This document shows positions 51,301 through 63,830 of a DNA stretch of 64,000 bases, in pieces. A program made the position numbers and the translations under genes. Source of the stretch: Takakia lepidozioides (taxonomy: Eukaryota > Plantae > Bryophyta); the NCBI GenBank assembly GCA_030704615.1, contig CM060731.1:15810001-15874000 (forward strand). Reading direction: 5' to 3'. Each line of letters begins with the position of its first letter. The stretch's first letter is position 1. The notes beneath the pieces were generated by a model, which saw nothing but the letters and a program-made list of their open reading frames with translations, was not told the DNA's origin and ran no database searches.

Positions 51301-54300
51301 AATCCTTCCTCATACTTATCCCTGCTACAGCAAAGCACTACATGCTTACACTCCCAGCCACACACAAACTTTCTAAATATACACTTACTTTCTGCCATCT
51401 GAAGTAGTGAACTCTTTCCAGACGGTCGAAGCATCTGCACGCTGCCCCAGCAATCACAGTAACCTCACAAATGTCAAATTCATGCCTACAAACTTCTATA
51501 GCCACCCTTTCTTGCTTTAAAACAGACAAAAACCACCTATGATGAGCAGCAAGCAACTTATACCCAATCAGAATCCTTTTTAGTTCAACATAAGTCTGAG
51601 TAATACTAGCAGGCTTTTCTGCTGAAACCTGCATTACAGTCAAAGCAATACAAGAACTAAACTTCCACTTCGCAACAAAAAGTCTTCACGGCCACTTCAA
51701 AAGAGTAGCAAATGTGGACCCACTGGGACTAGACAGATCAGTATTCACATACATATTGCTGCTCTGGTCCGATGCAGAAACTGTATAATAACAGATAAAA
51801 CATGGCTTCATAGGAGTGCCGAAAAATCCTCAATTTTCTTCACTAGCACAATCAAACAGTGAAGTATGAAATGACGCTCCAGGAAAAGTGATCCGCACTA
51901 TTACGCGATGACCAATTCAATACTCAATATAAATGCTGTTACCTGCAGAATCATACTTAGATTGAAAATATTAAGCACACCTCTAAAGGTGTCTTCATTT
52001 TATATAAGGTATATGCTGCAAAATCAGACAGGGATCAGGAACTCCAGCCTTGCTACTACCAGCCCGATATCCAGTTATGGTTACACGATGAGAGGAGCTC
52101 CTTACCTCAGTTGGACTCATGAGTTCCACAGGTTTTTCCCAACTCGACTGCTTCGTCCTTTTATTATAATAGTACCTAAGAATAAGGACAACCCCAAACC
52201 ACTAATTAGTCTACTGCTCCATGGCAGTGCACATTAGTGTGTTACAAATGCCCCTGATTTCTGATCTACTAACTAGCCCTTCCCCCATGGCGGTAGCATA
52301 TTATCCAACATAGGGGAATCGACATCATTCAGTAAATGTGTTGCTGGGTTAGATGCAAGACCAATCCTGACATAGGTTTGTACATCAATTAAGTTCTGCA
52401 TCCAGAAATCTTGATATCTAAAGCTGAAAAGATCTGAAGTTCTTTCTTTCAGTGTCATAGCCATTACTTTAACTCTGTCATGTGATATTTAACACTGTCC
52501 ATTCTTGGCAGTTTGCAGGTTACTTGTGAGCTTTCTCTATTTCAAGACCTCAACCATTAGACATAAGGAAGTTTAAGAAAATAATTTAGACTCTATTTTG
52601 AAAATACCCTTCGGATGATCGAAACCAATCACAGAAGGGAATGTGGGTGCAATCAAATTACTTATCATGCAGAGAAGCACTTCAGTTGGACAACAGAGAA
52701 CATCAAAGAACAGCTGTTCAATTCCCTACCCAGCGAGGCACTAGCAGATTTTACACAGCTATAACAAAGTAACATACTTCTTTTGGAGAACTGTTTCACT
52801 CAAGCTGAAGAGCCAATGTGTCCAGGCAAATTTGCACTAACATAGACTATAACCTCCAGTAGCATTGCCATCTACAAGTTAATTATTCCTTCATGAACTA
52901 ACTCTGCACAATATGGTCATGCCAAACTATGGGAGAAGCAACAAGTTCCAACTTTGGAATGCAAGATGTACCCAACCATCCCTTCCACTTCGTGATGTAG
53001 AATTAAGAATGTACTCATAAGACGTTTGCCGTAGCCTTGTGACCATTGACCCCGCGCTCAGTTTGAGCGGAACACAAAGGGACAAACACTACCTTTGTCA
53101 GGAGCTGACGCCGGTACTATGACTTATTTTGGAACAGACAATTAATCCAAGTTTTCCAGATATCCCCTAGAAATCCCTTCACACAAGCATCAATCTGCTG
53201 TGTGTGGTTTGCCAATAACTAGGCCCCAAAAGGGCCTGGGCTTTTGGCTCAGCCTCGAGACTTTCAAGGTTGGTAAACAGAGGTTCAGGCACAATTCCCT
53301 TGATGGATTTGAAGAGGGCATCTCTCTCGTGAGAGTACCCAGGACAATGAGATGTAGAATAAAGAGGTGGGGATGAGTTTCATACCTCCGGCCATCTGGA
53401 GCTGTATGCTCCTGCCAATCCGCACCCAATGAAACAGAAGCAGCTGTGGGGATCTGTTCAAATAAATCCAAGTTAGACTACCATGTATAGACACACAAGT
53501 GAAGCTTTGCAGATCCATGCAAGAATTTGGCATCAACCATACAACGCGATTAAATCATTTTTATATTTGAGAATCAAAGTGTAAGATTGGACTCACAGCT
53601 GTCGAAGGGGGTTGGACAGGTTGCAGAGGACCAGGGGGATTGATTGCTTGACCTCCAACAACTGACCATGGCTGGCTTCCAGGCTGAAGCATTTGAACTT
53701 GTGGCTGACTAGGGCCTTGAAATTGAGGAGCCATGCCATATGAGATTGGAGGTTGGGGGAATGGTAGGGATGATGGAAACTGTAAAGGAAATCCACACAA
53801 CAGGGCATATTAGTTTCCTGCTCAATAAAACAAGTTGTACCAAGTTAATACACCACACACTGTGTCTAGCATATAGTATCAGTAGCCTGAAACAAACCTA
53901 ACAGAGTAACCTGCTCATAAAATTGCAACGCGCCCCACACCCTAAGTAACTGGACCCACCATACACAAAGTGGTTCCAGAGAAAGCAAAGCAAAAATCTA
54001 CAGGAATGAACATAAGCATCAGCTATTTTTGACACTGCTGATAACTTTACGTACAGCGTAGGAAGATGCTGATTGCAATACATGATTGCCTGGACCAGGA
54101 GGTGGTGGCATGTTGAGAGGTTGCGGCTGCTGCTGCTGCGGAGCTTGGGGTCCACTGGACATGGGTCGCTGCTGCACAGGATATGGCATACCCATGCCTT
54201 GTGATGAGGGAGGCGCTTGAGGTGGTTGCTGTGGCGGCCGCTGCTGCAACTGTGAAAGTGTATACTGCTGCGATTGTTGGGGATTAATGCCTCCCATATT

Positions 54301-55935
54301 TGGAGGCGGCATGCCTAGCTGTTGAGGGGGACCCATGCCCACTCCAGGTCGATACTGCTGAGCACCAGGTATAAACTGCTGCCCTGGTTGCAGAGGACCT
54401 CCAGGTCGAAACTGCACACCAACCACAGGCACACAAGCCTCCATTTTAACAACAGCATTTGAACAACCCTTTTCCAACAATAATAACAAGCACACAGACC
54501 ATAGTTACTACTCAAGGAACAAACAATACCTGCATTTGTGGCGAACCGCCAAAACTTGAAGGTGTCCCAGAGGGACCCAGACCAGGCATCCGTGGAGGCT
54601 GCAAAAATTGGAATGTGTTTAGTTTCAGTACTGTGGTCAGTGGACAGAAGATGCACTATAACCATTGAAGTACGACCATTTGCAGCAAGAGAACCACGAT
54701 CCAGAGGAACACATTCAAAGAATCAAAGAAGATACGCACCATAGATCCAGCGGCTGTTGAATTGCCTGCTAAGTGCACCTGTGAAGGGGGGCCTGAACCT
54801 GGTGAAATGCCTGGTGACGGGGGTCCACCTGTCCCACCATTTTCGCCCTATTAGCCTTCAATCTCTCACTGAGTTATCCAAACACCACAATGAAGACTGA
54901 CACTTGCATCCAAAACAGATGGTGCCATCTTCCATGAAATAAGCTGAGTGGTGGCAACCCCTTCTTACCCTTAAGATTTCTCCGTTCTTGTGGCACACCA
55001 TGTACACTAACCTGCCTGCATAAAATTAACTACCGAAACATGGCAGACAATGAAATCGTGTCCTCTACCTACTACAACCACCTCTCTAACCTAAATGAAG
55101 GCTCGAAATACAGGACTGCCAACAAACCCTAACCATTGCACATTTGACCTACTCATTCACGTTCTGCCAATACCAAATGCAACAACTAAGTCGGTGATAG
55201 TTGCACTGTGCAGACGCAAGAAAAACAAGACCAAGGTGGCATCGAGAAACAGTGCAAGTCTACTCTTGCTTTGCTTTGAACAGAGACAGCACCGGGAGCC
55301 AGAGGTGACCTATTGACAACATGGAGCCCCTGAGTAACATCTTACAGGAGCCTATTTGAAGTCAGAAAGCTTCGATCACATCCCGTATCAAACTTCTAAC
55401 AGCAGAAAGTGTATACAATCAACCCCTTTACAAGCCCAGCTCCTTGCACCAAGTACAAGGCTGAAACAAAGAAGACATCAACTCAAAAGTAGACTGTCCC
55501 AATGTCAGCCACACCCTAATTGAACGACCCAGCAAAGCGGGAAAGGAGAGCCGCTACTGCTGACTCAATGTGAGGAAACAGACTTTCTAGATCTTGAACA
55601 CCCTTCCCAGACGTCCAACTGATGCAACAGCAGATTGAAAAGAAAAATTTAACAGAAACCAGTCCACTGTGTCCACGCACTGAGTTGCTCTTGAGCACAA
55701 TTAGGACAGAGTACATAAGACGTGGAGCAGACACGACACACACTTTCCGGCACTCGTTGATAACAGACCCCTGGTAACTGCCCTATCGTCCTTGGCAAGG
55801 ATTCTTAACAGCTTTCCGAGCAACAAGCGCTCCACAACCAGGAACTTCAAGGAGCCACAACCGCAGATTACCTTTCATCCACGCAGGAACCGTCATTCCT
55901 CTACCTCGCCCTGCACCCGCCTGCTGCTGTGCCAT
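42369..55935 (-). CDS. PRP40: Pre-mRNA-processing protein 40 (PRP40A/B type), more than 25 exons
   Basis: Pro/Gln-rich N-terminus. Two WW domains ([27 protein letters not shown] and [26 protein letters not shown]). FF repeats ([50 protein letters not shown]). Lys/Glu-rich tail ending [14 protein letters not shown] at 42369. The 5' exons (55935-55872, 55015-54969, starting 54847) are tentative. Confidence 0.95.
42686..42970. mobile_element. hAT-type MITE, 285 bp, in the last coding intron of PRP40
   Basis: Ends CAGTGTTT...AAACACTG, 8-bp TSD GGGCGGAG/GGCCGGAG (7/8 match), internal GGCGAAAA/TTTTCGCC motifs. Confidence 0.75.
43360..43510 (-). repeat. Coding low-complexity (KE/KD)n repeat in the PRP40 C-terminus
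   Basis: Purine-rich hexamer-like repeats on the coding strand translate to [26 protein letters not shown]... Confidence 0.85.
53006..53350 (-). mobile_element. Family-1 LINE 3' fragment in a PRP40 intron
   Basis: Colinear with 2746-3091. TSD GATGTAGAAT(T/A)AAGA at 52994-53008 and 53351-53365. Confidence 0.85.
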
Positions 55936-56363
55936 GCTGTAGCGCGGGCCAGCTTCTTCTAGTTCCCTGGTGCGAGCAAGTCTGTGCGGCTTCCGACCCC
56001 CATACAAACCTCTGCTCGCTCGACTATTTCTCACGTCCCCTTCTACACACTTCCATCCCCGCTTCTGTCGTGAGCTCTGCCTTCAATTCTGAACCCAACC
56101 CCCAAAACCCATCTTCGCATCACCGATGAAATCTCGTAACAGAGCCGCATCTCCACCGTCCTTCACTGGGATTCGGATTCTGTCCCCATTTCTTTATGAG
56201 GGTTCCCGGAGACACTACACTGCCGTGAAGTTGCTGCAACGGCCAAAAACTGCCGTTAGACGGCAGAAACCGACCGTCAGCACTGTAGTTCCGTTAGTAA
56301 GTTGCCGTGCCTTCTGATGCCTAATACATGACAATATCACGATTCACTATTAGTTATCGGGTG

Positions 56364-56578
56364 TTTTTTTTTTAAAGGGAAACACCTGGGAGCGACAGCT
56401 CACAAATCATGCCCCTTAATTATAGTTAGAGGAGAAAATAACCTCTTTCACAGTATTCTCGCCATAAAAGCTTTCACATGGGACACCGCCCAAGGCACAC
56501 CCGTCAAGGTAGCAGGATTTGACCCCAGAATCATGTGGGTGGCACTCGGTGCACTATCCAACTGAGCTACTGACTGTT
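56364..56578 (-). mobile_element. tRNA-derived SINE
   Basis: The minus strand has an A box (TAGCTCAGTTGG) and a B-box variant (GGTCAAATCC) at tRNA-like spacing, a tRNA-unrelated body and an A10 tail. No full cloverleaf. Confidence 0.65.
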
Positions 56579-57247
56579 GGTGGTTTATTTTAAAAAGGGG
56601 GCCGAACAGGAAAAAGTAACCTTCCAAATATGAATACAACTTCAGTACAAGAACCTCTTGGTTTTTTTCTTTTTCTATCTTTTTTTTGTTTTAATAGAGA
56701 ACAGTGACAGTGGCCGTGGAGATTTTTCTCTTTGTTTCTTAGAAAAGGGACAGAGGCCCTGTAGTTCATATTACATGACAGCACAGAAAAAATAACCGCG
56801 ACCGCAGACCATAACCGGATCAAATGGTCAATTGCCAGAACCGCGACACAGTTTGCTTTCAGTAGTAGTTAGAAGAAGATGGTGAACAAGGGAAGAGTTG
56901 TGAGTCTTGTACATGGAAGAAACTTTACCGCAAAAAGTTCCAACTTTGAAATGCAAGATGTAGTCCAATGCCAAGTGAGGAGTCGTTGGATTCCCAAGAT
57001 TAGCTTTGTTAAATTATAGTGGGATACCATAATCAATTTCATAACCATGCATCTCAGCTTGCTGGCCATCGCTAGGCAGCTCAAGCAAAGCAGGATAGCG
57101 TTGTCTACATACTTTCACGATGGGACTAAATTGAGCATAGCTACATGTAGTAAACAATTTAGAGAGCCCAAGGAGCCTTATTTCACTTCTATGCCTATAA
57201 TTGTCAGACGACTTACTCCTATTTTCTTTTGTACTCCACAGATCCCG

Positions 57248-60200
57248 TCAGCTTGCCTCAGTATTGCAAGGCAAGAGCAATGCAAGCCGTGGCTTAAATC
57301 TGGCAATCCTGCGCGAGCGCTCATCCCTTGACCTGCATACCCACCCCACGCTGGCATCATCATCCTCCAATCCACAATCTACCATTGGCTTTCATCTGTG
57401 GGTTAACAAATATTGTCACACTCACATGCATTGAGTGATGATATAGAATGTACTCATATAATAGGTTATGGCCACAAGGTATTATAGAGTTATTATAAGA
57501 CTCTGTTTTCCAAATAAGACTCTGTTTTCCATTGCCTTGTGGCCATAGCACCGTGCCCAGTTTGGACGGAAACAGATGGAATAGACACTATCTTTGTGAG
57601 GGGCTCACTCCAGTAGTGCGACTTACCTTGATATAGTGATGATATAGAATGAACTAACTGGTAGTTTTTGAGCATCTAAGCGATATACTGTTGCTAGATA
57701 TACCAGACAGCTATCTGGACATAGGTACACATGATCCAGTTCATGTGCCTTCATCTTGCTCTGAATCTGCAAGACACAAGGAAGTCTTGTACTGCAGGTC
57801 TGACACAGGAGTCTGAATGACAAAAAGGCAACCGGTGACAAGAATGTGAGTGCACCTAACTTAGGGGACAGAAGCTTGCATCACCTATACTTACACCAGC
57901 TTACCTCTTCCGCACATTTTTGAACTTCCGAATATAAGACTGCAATAATTGGTCCTCAGTGAGCAAGTTTACTGAACCAATCGACTCCACCTGCAATCAT
58001 CCCGGAAAAGTTCATGTCAGCGATCAGAGATTCAGCTCCCACTACTTGTTCTACCAGTCTCTCTTCTCTGACAGGCATCCCCTTATCTTCTGATATAATT
58101 AAACAAAACAACTATTCTCATGAACAAAAAGGGAGGATACTGCAAATCTGAAGCAGCTGCCGTTGGGATGGGCATTTCCTACTAGGTCTTAGAGTATTCT
58201 ATGGACAGCACTTTAAGTCTGCTCCCGTTTGGTCCACTGCTCTCTGCTTGGAGCCTTGAAAGTCACAGCCCCATAATTCAATATTTATTTGTCGCACTGA
58301 TTTTAAAATAACTCTATTCAGCAGGAGCAGCTTTTACTGCCTGTTAAACCCTGCATCTACTTCAAATTACAAGAACTTAACTTGCAACACCCAACTCTTG
58401 CAACAAACACAACATCAACAAATTATGCCCAAAAGGAGAAGGCCACAAGCATACGCAAGTGCAAAAACAAAGTCAATTCGACAACTGCGGAGGATAAGAC
58501 AGCCTGCTAAAAGGCAAGTAAGTGGCGATCCCTGCACACAAGAGTGTTCCCTGCAAGCATCGCATGTGAGAGAATGAAAGAAACGTCTAGCATCCACAGA
58601 CTGCCCCAACAGGCCATCAGACAGAGAGGGAGGGATTCAGACAAGCACTACAACTTTGAAAACACACCTCAGAAGGAAAGTCGTCCTCGCTTTTCTTGCC
58701 ATTCTCCATGACTTGAACTTCAGACTTGTCTACTTCTTCAGCAGACAAGGGTCTTGGGAGAGGTATAACACAATCCCACAGCCCCGGCTGCCAATTGCAA
58801 TGCATATTCTTCAGTGACTGCTAATGTCAAATACAGCTTTCTGAAGTAAGTGCTGTAGAGATGAAAGCATAAAATGCTTGAAGCTCCTATACAATGCTGG
58901 CTACCTGTGACTAATGTCCTCTCCCTCTTTCCTCTCCCAAAACCCTAATACAAAGAAAATCATATGATTTGGTAAAGAGAGAATTCCCCCCAAGCCTGTG
59001 TGTTTACAGACCATATTGCTACTCCAAATCCAAGGTTGTAGAACTTACGCCAATGTATTTGGCCTAAAATTGGCTGTATACTTGAATGAGTGAAAACTGA
59101 TGGCATGCAATGACAAACCAATATGATCTAAAGATCCAGTAGTCACAAGTCCAGAAGCACCTAAAGGCAGATTCATAAACCTCACCTATTCCCCAAGAAA
59201 GATCACATTGACAGAATGCCAAATCCTGTAGACGAAACCAACAAGTGTCGCCTATAATACCCTTGAGAAACCATAAATTGCAATCATCCCTTTGCAGCAA
59301 GGTTTGCTTCCATTCATCTACTCTGCTCACTACTGACACAACCAGATTCCAGCCAAGAGACCCCACCTGATCTTTTCTTGGCACGTCATTCCTCACCCAC
59401 CGGCGGCAGAGAGCATACAAAGAGGTTGGATCTGCCTCTGAAGACAATCTTACCTGCACATGCAAGTTCACTTATGACTTAAGGATGGACATGGGAGAAG
59501 CAAGAAGCACCCAACCTGCCTCTGCAGATTTTGAGTAACCCTTGTCCTCTTCAACAGGAGAACTCATGATAAATCCAGTCATATATTCATACAGGCCAAA
59601 GAGGTTGGTTCGACAACAATTTGGAGGCCCTCCACTAAGATCTGACTCATACTGGTGCTAGATTGAGATAGTGCAACCCTACTCCAATCAAACAGAACAA
59701 ATACAGGGAAACATTAATTTCTCAAAAGCACAAAATGCTACAGAATAAACCTGATGACTAACTTGTGGTAACATGTGTTTGCTTCTGTTTGTCAAATGTG
59801 AACTTACACCTTTAAGGATTGCAACAGCAGGCCTAAACCTACCTGCTAAAGTATGAATCTTGGCAGAAAGAAAATTGCAAACAGGTGTGTACTCAATCCA
59901 ATCAGTAAAGAAAGTGAGCATTGTCAGCCAAGCACTACCAATGTATCAAGAGTCCCATCACTTACTTTGCGATCACTTACGCTCACCACAACATGATTGT
60001 CCACAGCTCGCTCCCTGCAAAATGAAATCTATAACTGAGAGGGTATGGCAGAAATCAACTCCCTCCCAAGCAGTAAGATGAGAGACTCATTCCAACAATG
60101 AACCATGTTGAAATCTCATGTGTATGCCGCAAATGAGATGTGCAACAGTGAAGTTGATCCTTCATGTATATTGAACTTGTCCAACTTCAAACCCATGAGA

Positions 60201-61513
60201 AACAAGACCTTGCACCTTGGGGCCCAATCAGTTCTCACTCCCCTCAGTTATTTCTTTGTAGTTCCATGCAATTCACCTTTAACAAGCAGCTCAAAGGAGT
60301 TATCCACAGTAGGCAAATACATCATTTAAGTGCTAGAATGTTAGTACCTGTAACCAGAATCAGAAGGGATGGGTGTGGATGTTCCAGAGGCAGCCGGGCG
60401 CATTACAGGATACTGCACAAAGCCACCAATTCGAGTCATAATTCCACTCCATGTATACCTCGCACGGACGAACTCCTCCAACCCAGACGAAACACTAATA
60501 GATCGGCTGTATGCCACTAGTGCAGGAGGACAGAGCCAATCAATATAACACACCTGGGGAAGTGGCGGAAGGGCCGCAGACATAGGCTTGCTCCCAGCTG
60601 CCGCTGCCTCTCTAATTTGTTGCTGCTGAACAAGCTGCTGTGTTGAGACACCCGCCAGAGAACTGGGTGGGAAGTGTTGAGGAGCTTGAGGTGCCCTGGT
60701 TTGAGATGAGAGAGCGGATTGTTGAAGAGAAGAATACACTCGAGGCACGGAAATTTGTGCCGGGTGACTAGGTGGAAGGGGCTGTAGCCCTGAGTTGCGA
60801 GGAGGTGCTCTATGCATAACAGGCCTTTGGAGCGCTGCGTGTGACTGCGACAGTACACCTTTCTCCTGGGGACTGATTTGAATTCTTTGTGTGGATTGTG
60901 GCTTACCCTGCTGAATTGTCGTAACAGAAGAAGGGCCAGCTTGCAGTTGACCCATGTTGGCTAATGGTCTGGTTAACGCAGCTTGCGCTCGCCCTTCCAA
61001 TGTCCCCTCCTGTGATTGCAGATTAATCTGAACCTGAGGACGGGGAAATCTGGAGGAGGCGGGTGCCAGCATAGACTGTGCAGACTGCTGGTGTGGGCGA
61101 GGATTCCCCCCTGCCCCCAATTTCTGCGCGAGCCGCTGTTGTGTTGAAGCACTTGATGATGCCTCTTTCGGTAGAGCATTCGGGTTCACCGCTACACTTT
61201 GACCTAGGGGCTGACTACAACCAGCTTTCTGAGGTTGCGGTTGCTGCTGCCGAGGAACTACTAGATTTGCCATTGCCGCCTGCGCTTGTCCAGGTAAGGC
61301 AGAGGCAGGCATGGCCGTGAGTAGGGAGACTGCATTCTCGACGCAAGCCACCTGACCGGGGCCAAGCCCCGACTCATGGCGACGCCCATGCACTTCACCA
61401 TCACCTGCAGGCAGCTTACCAGGAGCAGGAGCGCATGCAGGCACAGCGCCTCCATTCTGCGTCAGCACTTTGATCCTCACATCACTCTCTGTCGAAATTC
61501 CCCCGCTTGCCAT
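57248..61513 (-). CDS. LIN37-like (DREAM/MuvB subunit) Pro/Gln-rich protein, 7 exons, about 483 aa
   Basis: Exons 61513-60554, 60412-60348, 60014-59966, 59453-59367, 58787-58668, 57990-57905 and 57332-57248 join in frame (1452 nt). Motifs SLYALCRRWVRND, LPRPL, LLQSYIRKFKNVRKRSRDERSRRIARFKPRLALLLP. Confidence 0.85.
57444..57634 (-). mobile_element. Family-1 LINE 3' fragment in the last LIN37-like intron
   Basis: Matches the family-1 terminus. Exact 17-bp direct repeat AGTGATGATATAGAATG at 57434-57450 and 57635-57651. Confidence 0.8.
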
Positions 61514-62767
61514 CTGCTTCTCCTTCTAGTCCATCCCCCACTCCTTCAACCAATCCTTACTCCATCCTAAGCCGGAAACGAGACCACGGTTTGAAAAACT
61601 GACACTCCTTTCGAAACCCAACCTGGAATTTCTCTCGAATTGTGATCCTGATGCGGGTTTGCGCTCCGTGTGAGGACAGACCGTAGGGCTCCCCGCAAGC
61701 CTGGATGGAGCTGAAGATCCCTCCCCCTTGTCTCTCCCTCTCTCTCTCTCCCTCCACGCACACAAGCAGAGCTGCAGTTCAAACGCAGTGACGCACGACA
61801 CCACGTTGGCGCCCACCCTTCGTAGCCTAGGGCTTACTCGTAACTGCTCTCGGGCTCAAATCCTGCCGACCCCATATTTTTGTGTCCCACAAGCACCATA
61901 ACACTAAAGTAGAAAAGATTGTAACCCAAAGGAGCCGATATGTGGGTCTCGTGTCTCATATTATTGGGTCTTCAGCTCTTTCCTCTATGCTGAAGCGAGA
62001 CACGAGTTTACTTTGGTAGTTTTGATGGGGCGTAAGTTGTCTCTCTGTTATGGTGAACAGACAGCGTCCGCTGAGCTTGCTTGGATAGCTTTGATGTAAG
62101 CACACATGAACGGAAAGGAAAGGAAAGGAGGAGAGGAGGAGAGTTGTACGACAGGACTCAGGACGCAGGGCTCTGGAGGCAATTCGGCCTTGTTCCTCAC
62201 ATGCTGCGGGATGAAGAACAAAACGATCTGTGCTCAAACGGGCGCTAGGTACCGCTCGGGTGAATACTCTTATCTCTCTTTCTCGTTTCTTTCTTCCTCT
62301 TGTCCCTTAAGCTCTTTGAGCTTCCAGGGGACGTTACAAGGACCATTTTATTTCTACTCCCGTCCAGGGTTCTCTTGCCCGCTATGTCTGACCAGCGCCA
62401 TTGTCGATGTTTGCAGGTCAAGTGCAACACCTCAAAGAACACACATCTGAAGCTTCAAGCGACGCTTTAGGAACTGCTTTATGAATCCATAAGAACGCTA
62501 CAAACGTTCTCTTTGTGGAACTCAAATATTTCGATGCAACCTTAACTACAGGTACTGAAGGTCATAAGGTCACTTGAATTTCGCGAATCTTGAGACTGCT
62601 TTCCACCGGGCTATGTCTCGGTTTGCAGAAAGTGCAAGAAGAAGCAAAAATGGAAATACGGTCCCATTTGTGGTTGATGTACAAGTGAAATTAACTTATC
62701 CGCACTGTCCGATTAAAACAATGTCTAGAATGTGTCACTTTTTCTCTCTTTGGGGCTCGTTTAGGAG

Positions 62768-63637
62768 GGGGTTGGTAGAGCATGAGCACACCGGTGAGCA
62801 CAAATGGCCTGAGCGCACAAGAAAACGGAGGCGTGAGCTCAAAAACACGGCCATAGGGTACATTTGTTTGCACGGAAATCGAATAGGGTTCCAAAATAGC
62901 GAAAATGTTACTTCCGCACCTATCTGAGTTTCTATTCTGTCCCTAAATCCTAATGAAAATAGGCACCCGAAATATGTATCTCAAGCTCCAAGTTCCACAT
63001 ATCTACAGCTGTGGTATCCTACAAAAAAAATAACACGTTAGGGAAAAATAAAGTCACAATAGCATCAAAACATAAATACCAAACAATAATTGAACAATTT
63101 AATATAATGAGGCAAACAACGAGTTTCGCCAGCAAAAATTTTAGGTGTCGTTGCGTAGGTCATTATCCAATGGTTTCGTGGGCGAAACAAAGTGTGTTTG
63201 AAAACACAATGTGAAGTTACCGTTGTGTATGTCATTGTCGAATGTTTTTTTTTGTTGGCGAAATAAATGTAGTTCTTTTTGGAATTGCTTTGTGCGTACT
63301 GCGGAATGCACCCATGCTTTCGTGGGCAAAACAAAATGAAATTCTTGTTTCGCGTATTGCTGATATGATCGAGTGTCACCTGCACTTGACTAAATTCCCC
63401 CGTATCAAAGCGATGGATTTTTTTGATGCATAAGGCACTGACCGGATATTGCTTATGCCCCAACTTTGTTTGCCTTGTGCTCACATAAGCACAATTTGGT
63501 CTGTGAGCACAAATTTCAAATTTTAGTTTCGTCGTAGCATCTTTTTGGGAATATTTGCGGAATTTCCGTCATTTTCTCTTCTGTTCACATGAGCACGTGC
63601 ACAGAGGCGTGAGCGTGCTCACGTGCTACCCAACCTC
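62768..63637. mobile_element. Non-autonomous MULE-like element, about 870 bp
   Basis: Imperfect TIRs ggggttggtagagcatgagcac and (reverse complement) gaggttgggtagcacgtgagcac. Flanking repeat (g/a)tttaggag at 62759-62767 and 63638-63646. Internal GTGAGCAC and TTTCGTGGGC repeats. Confidence 0.5.
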
Positions 63638-63644
63638 ATTTAGG

Positions 63645-63830
63645 AGAGAGAGAGGACTTTGACCGAAGCCAGCATAATTAAGCGACACTTGACGTTCCGA
63701 CTATTGTCCGTCATTGGCTATATGTAGAGCAATTTCTTAACGAGGGATTCTTTGGAAGGTCCAAAAATAAGAGATGGAAGGTCGGACAAATGGGATGGCG
63801 CAAAAAGGGGTGTGGATGCGGGTAATTTGG
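63645..63830 (-). mobile_element. Longer, diverged family-2 3' end, possibly the parent LINE terminus
   Basis: Reads ...AAGTGTCGCTTAATTATGCTGGCTTCGGTCAAAGTCC(TC)n. The 5' limit is uncertain. Confidence 0.5.

Noticed and set aside
56500-56578. tRNA gene
   Set aside because: No acceptor or anticodon stem pairing. It continues into a body and A-tail, so it was called a SINE.
63065-63484. 139-aa ORF
   Set aside because: Inside a repeat-rich non-autonomous element, with no transposase motifs.
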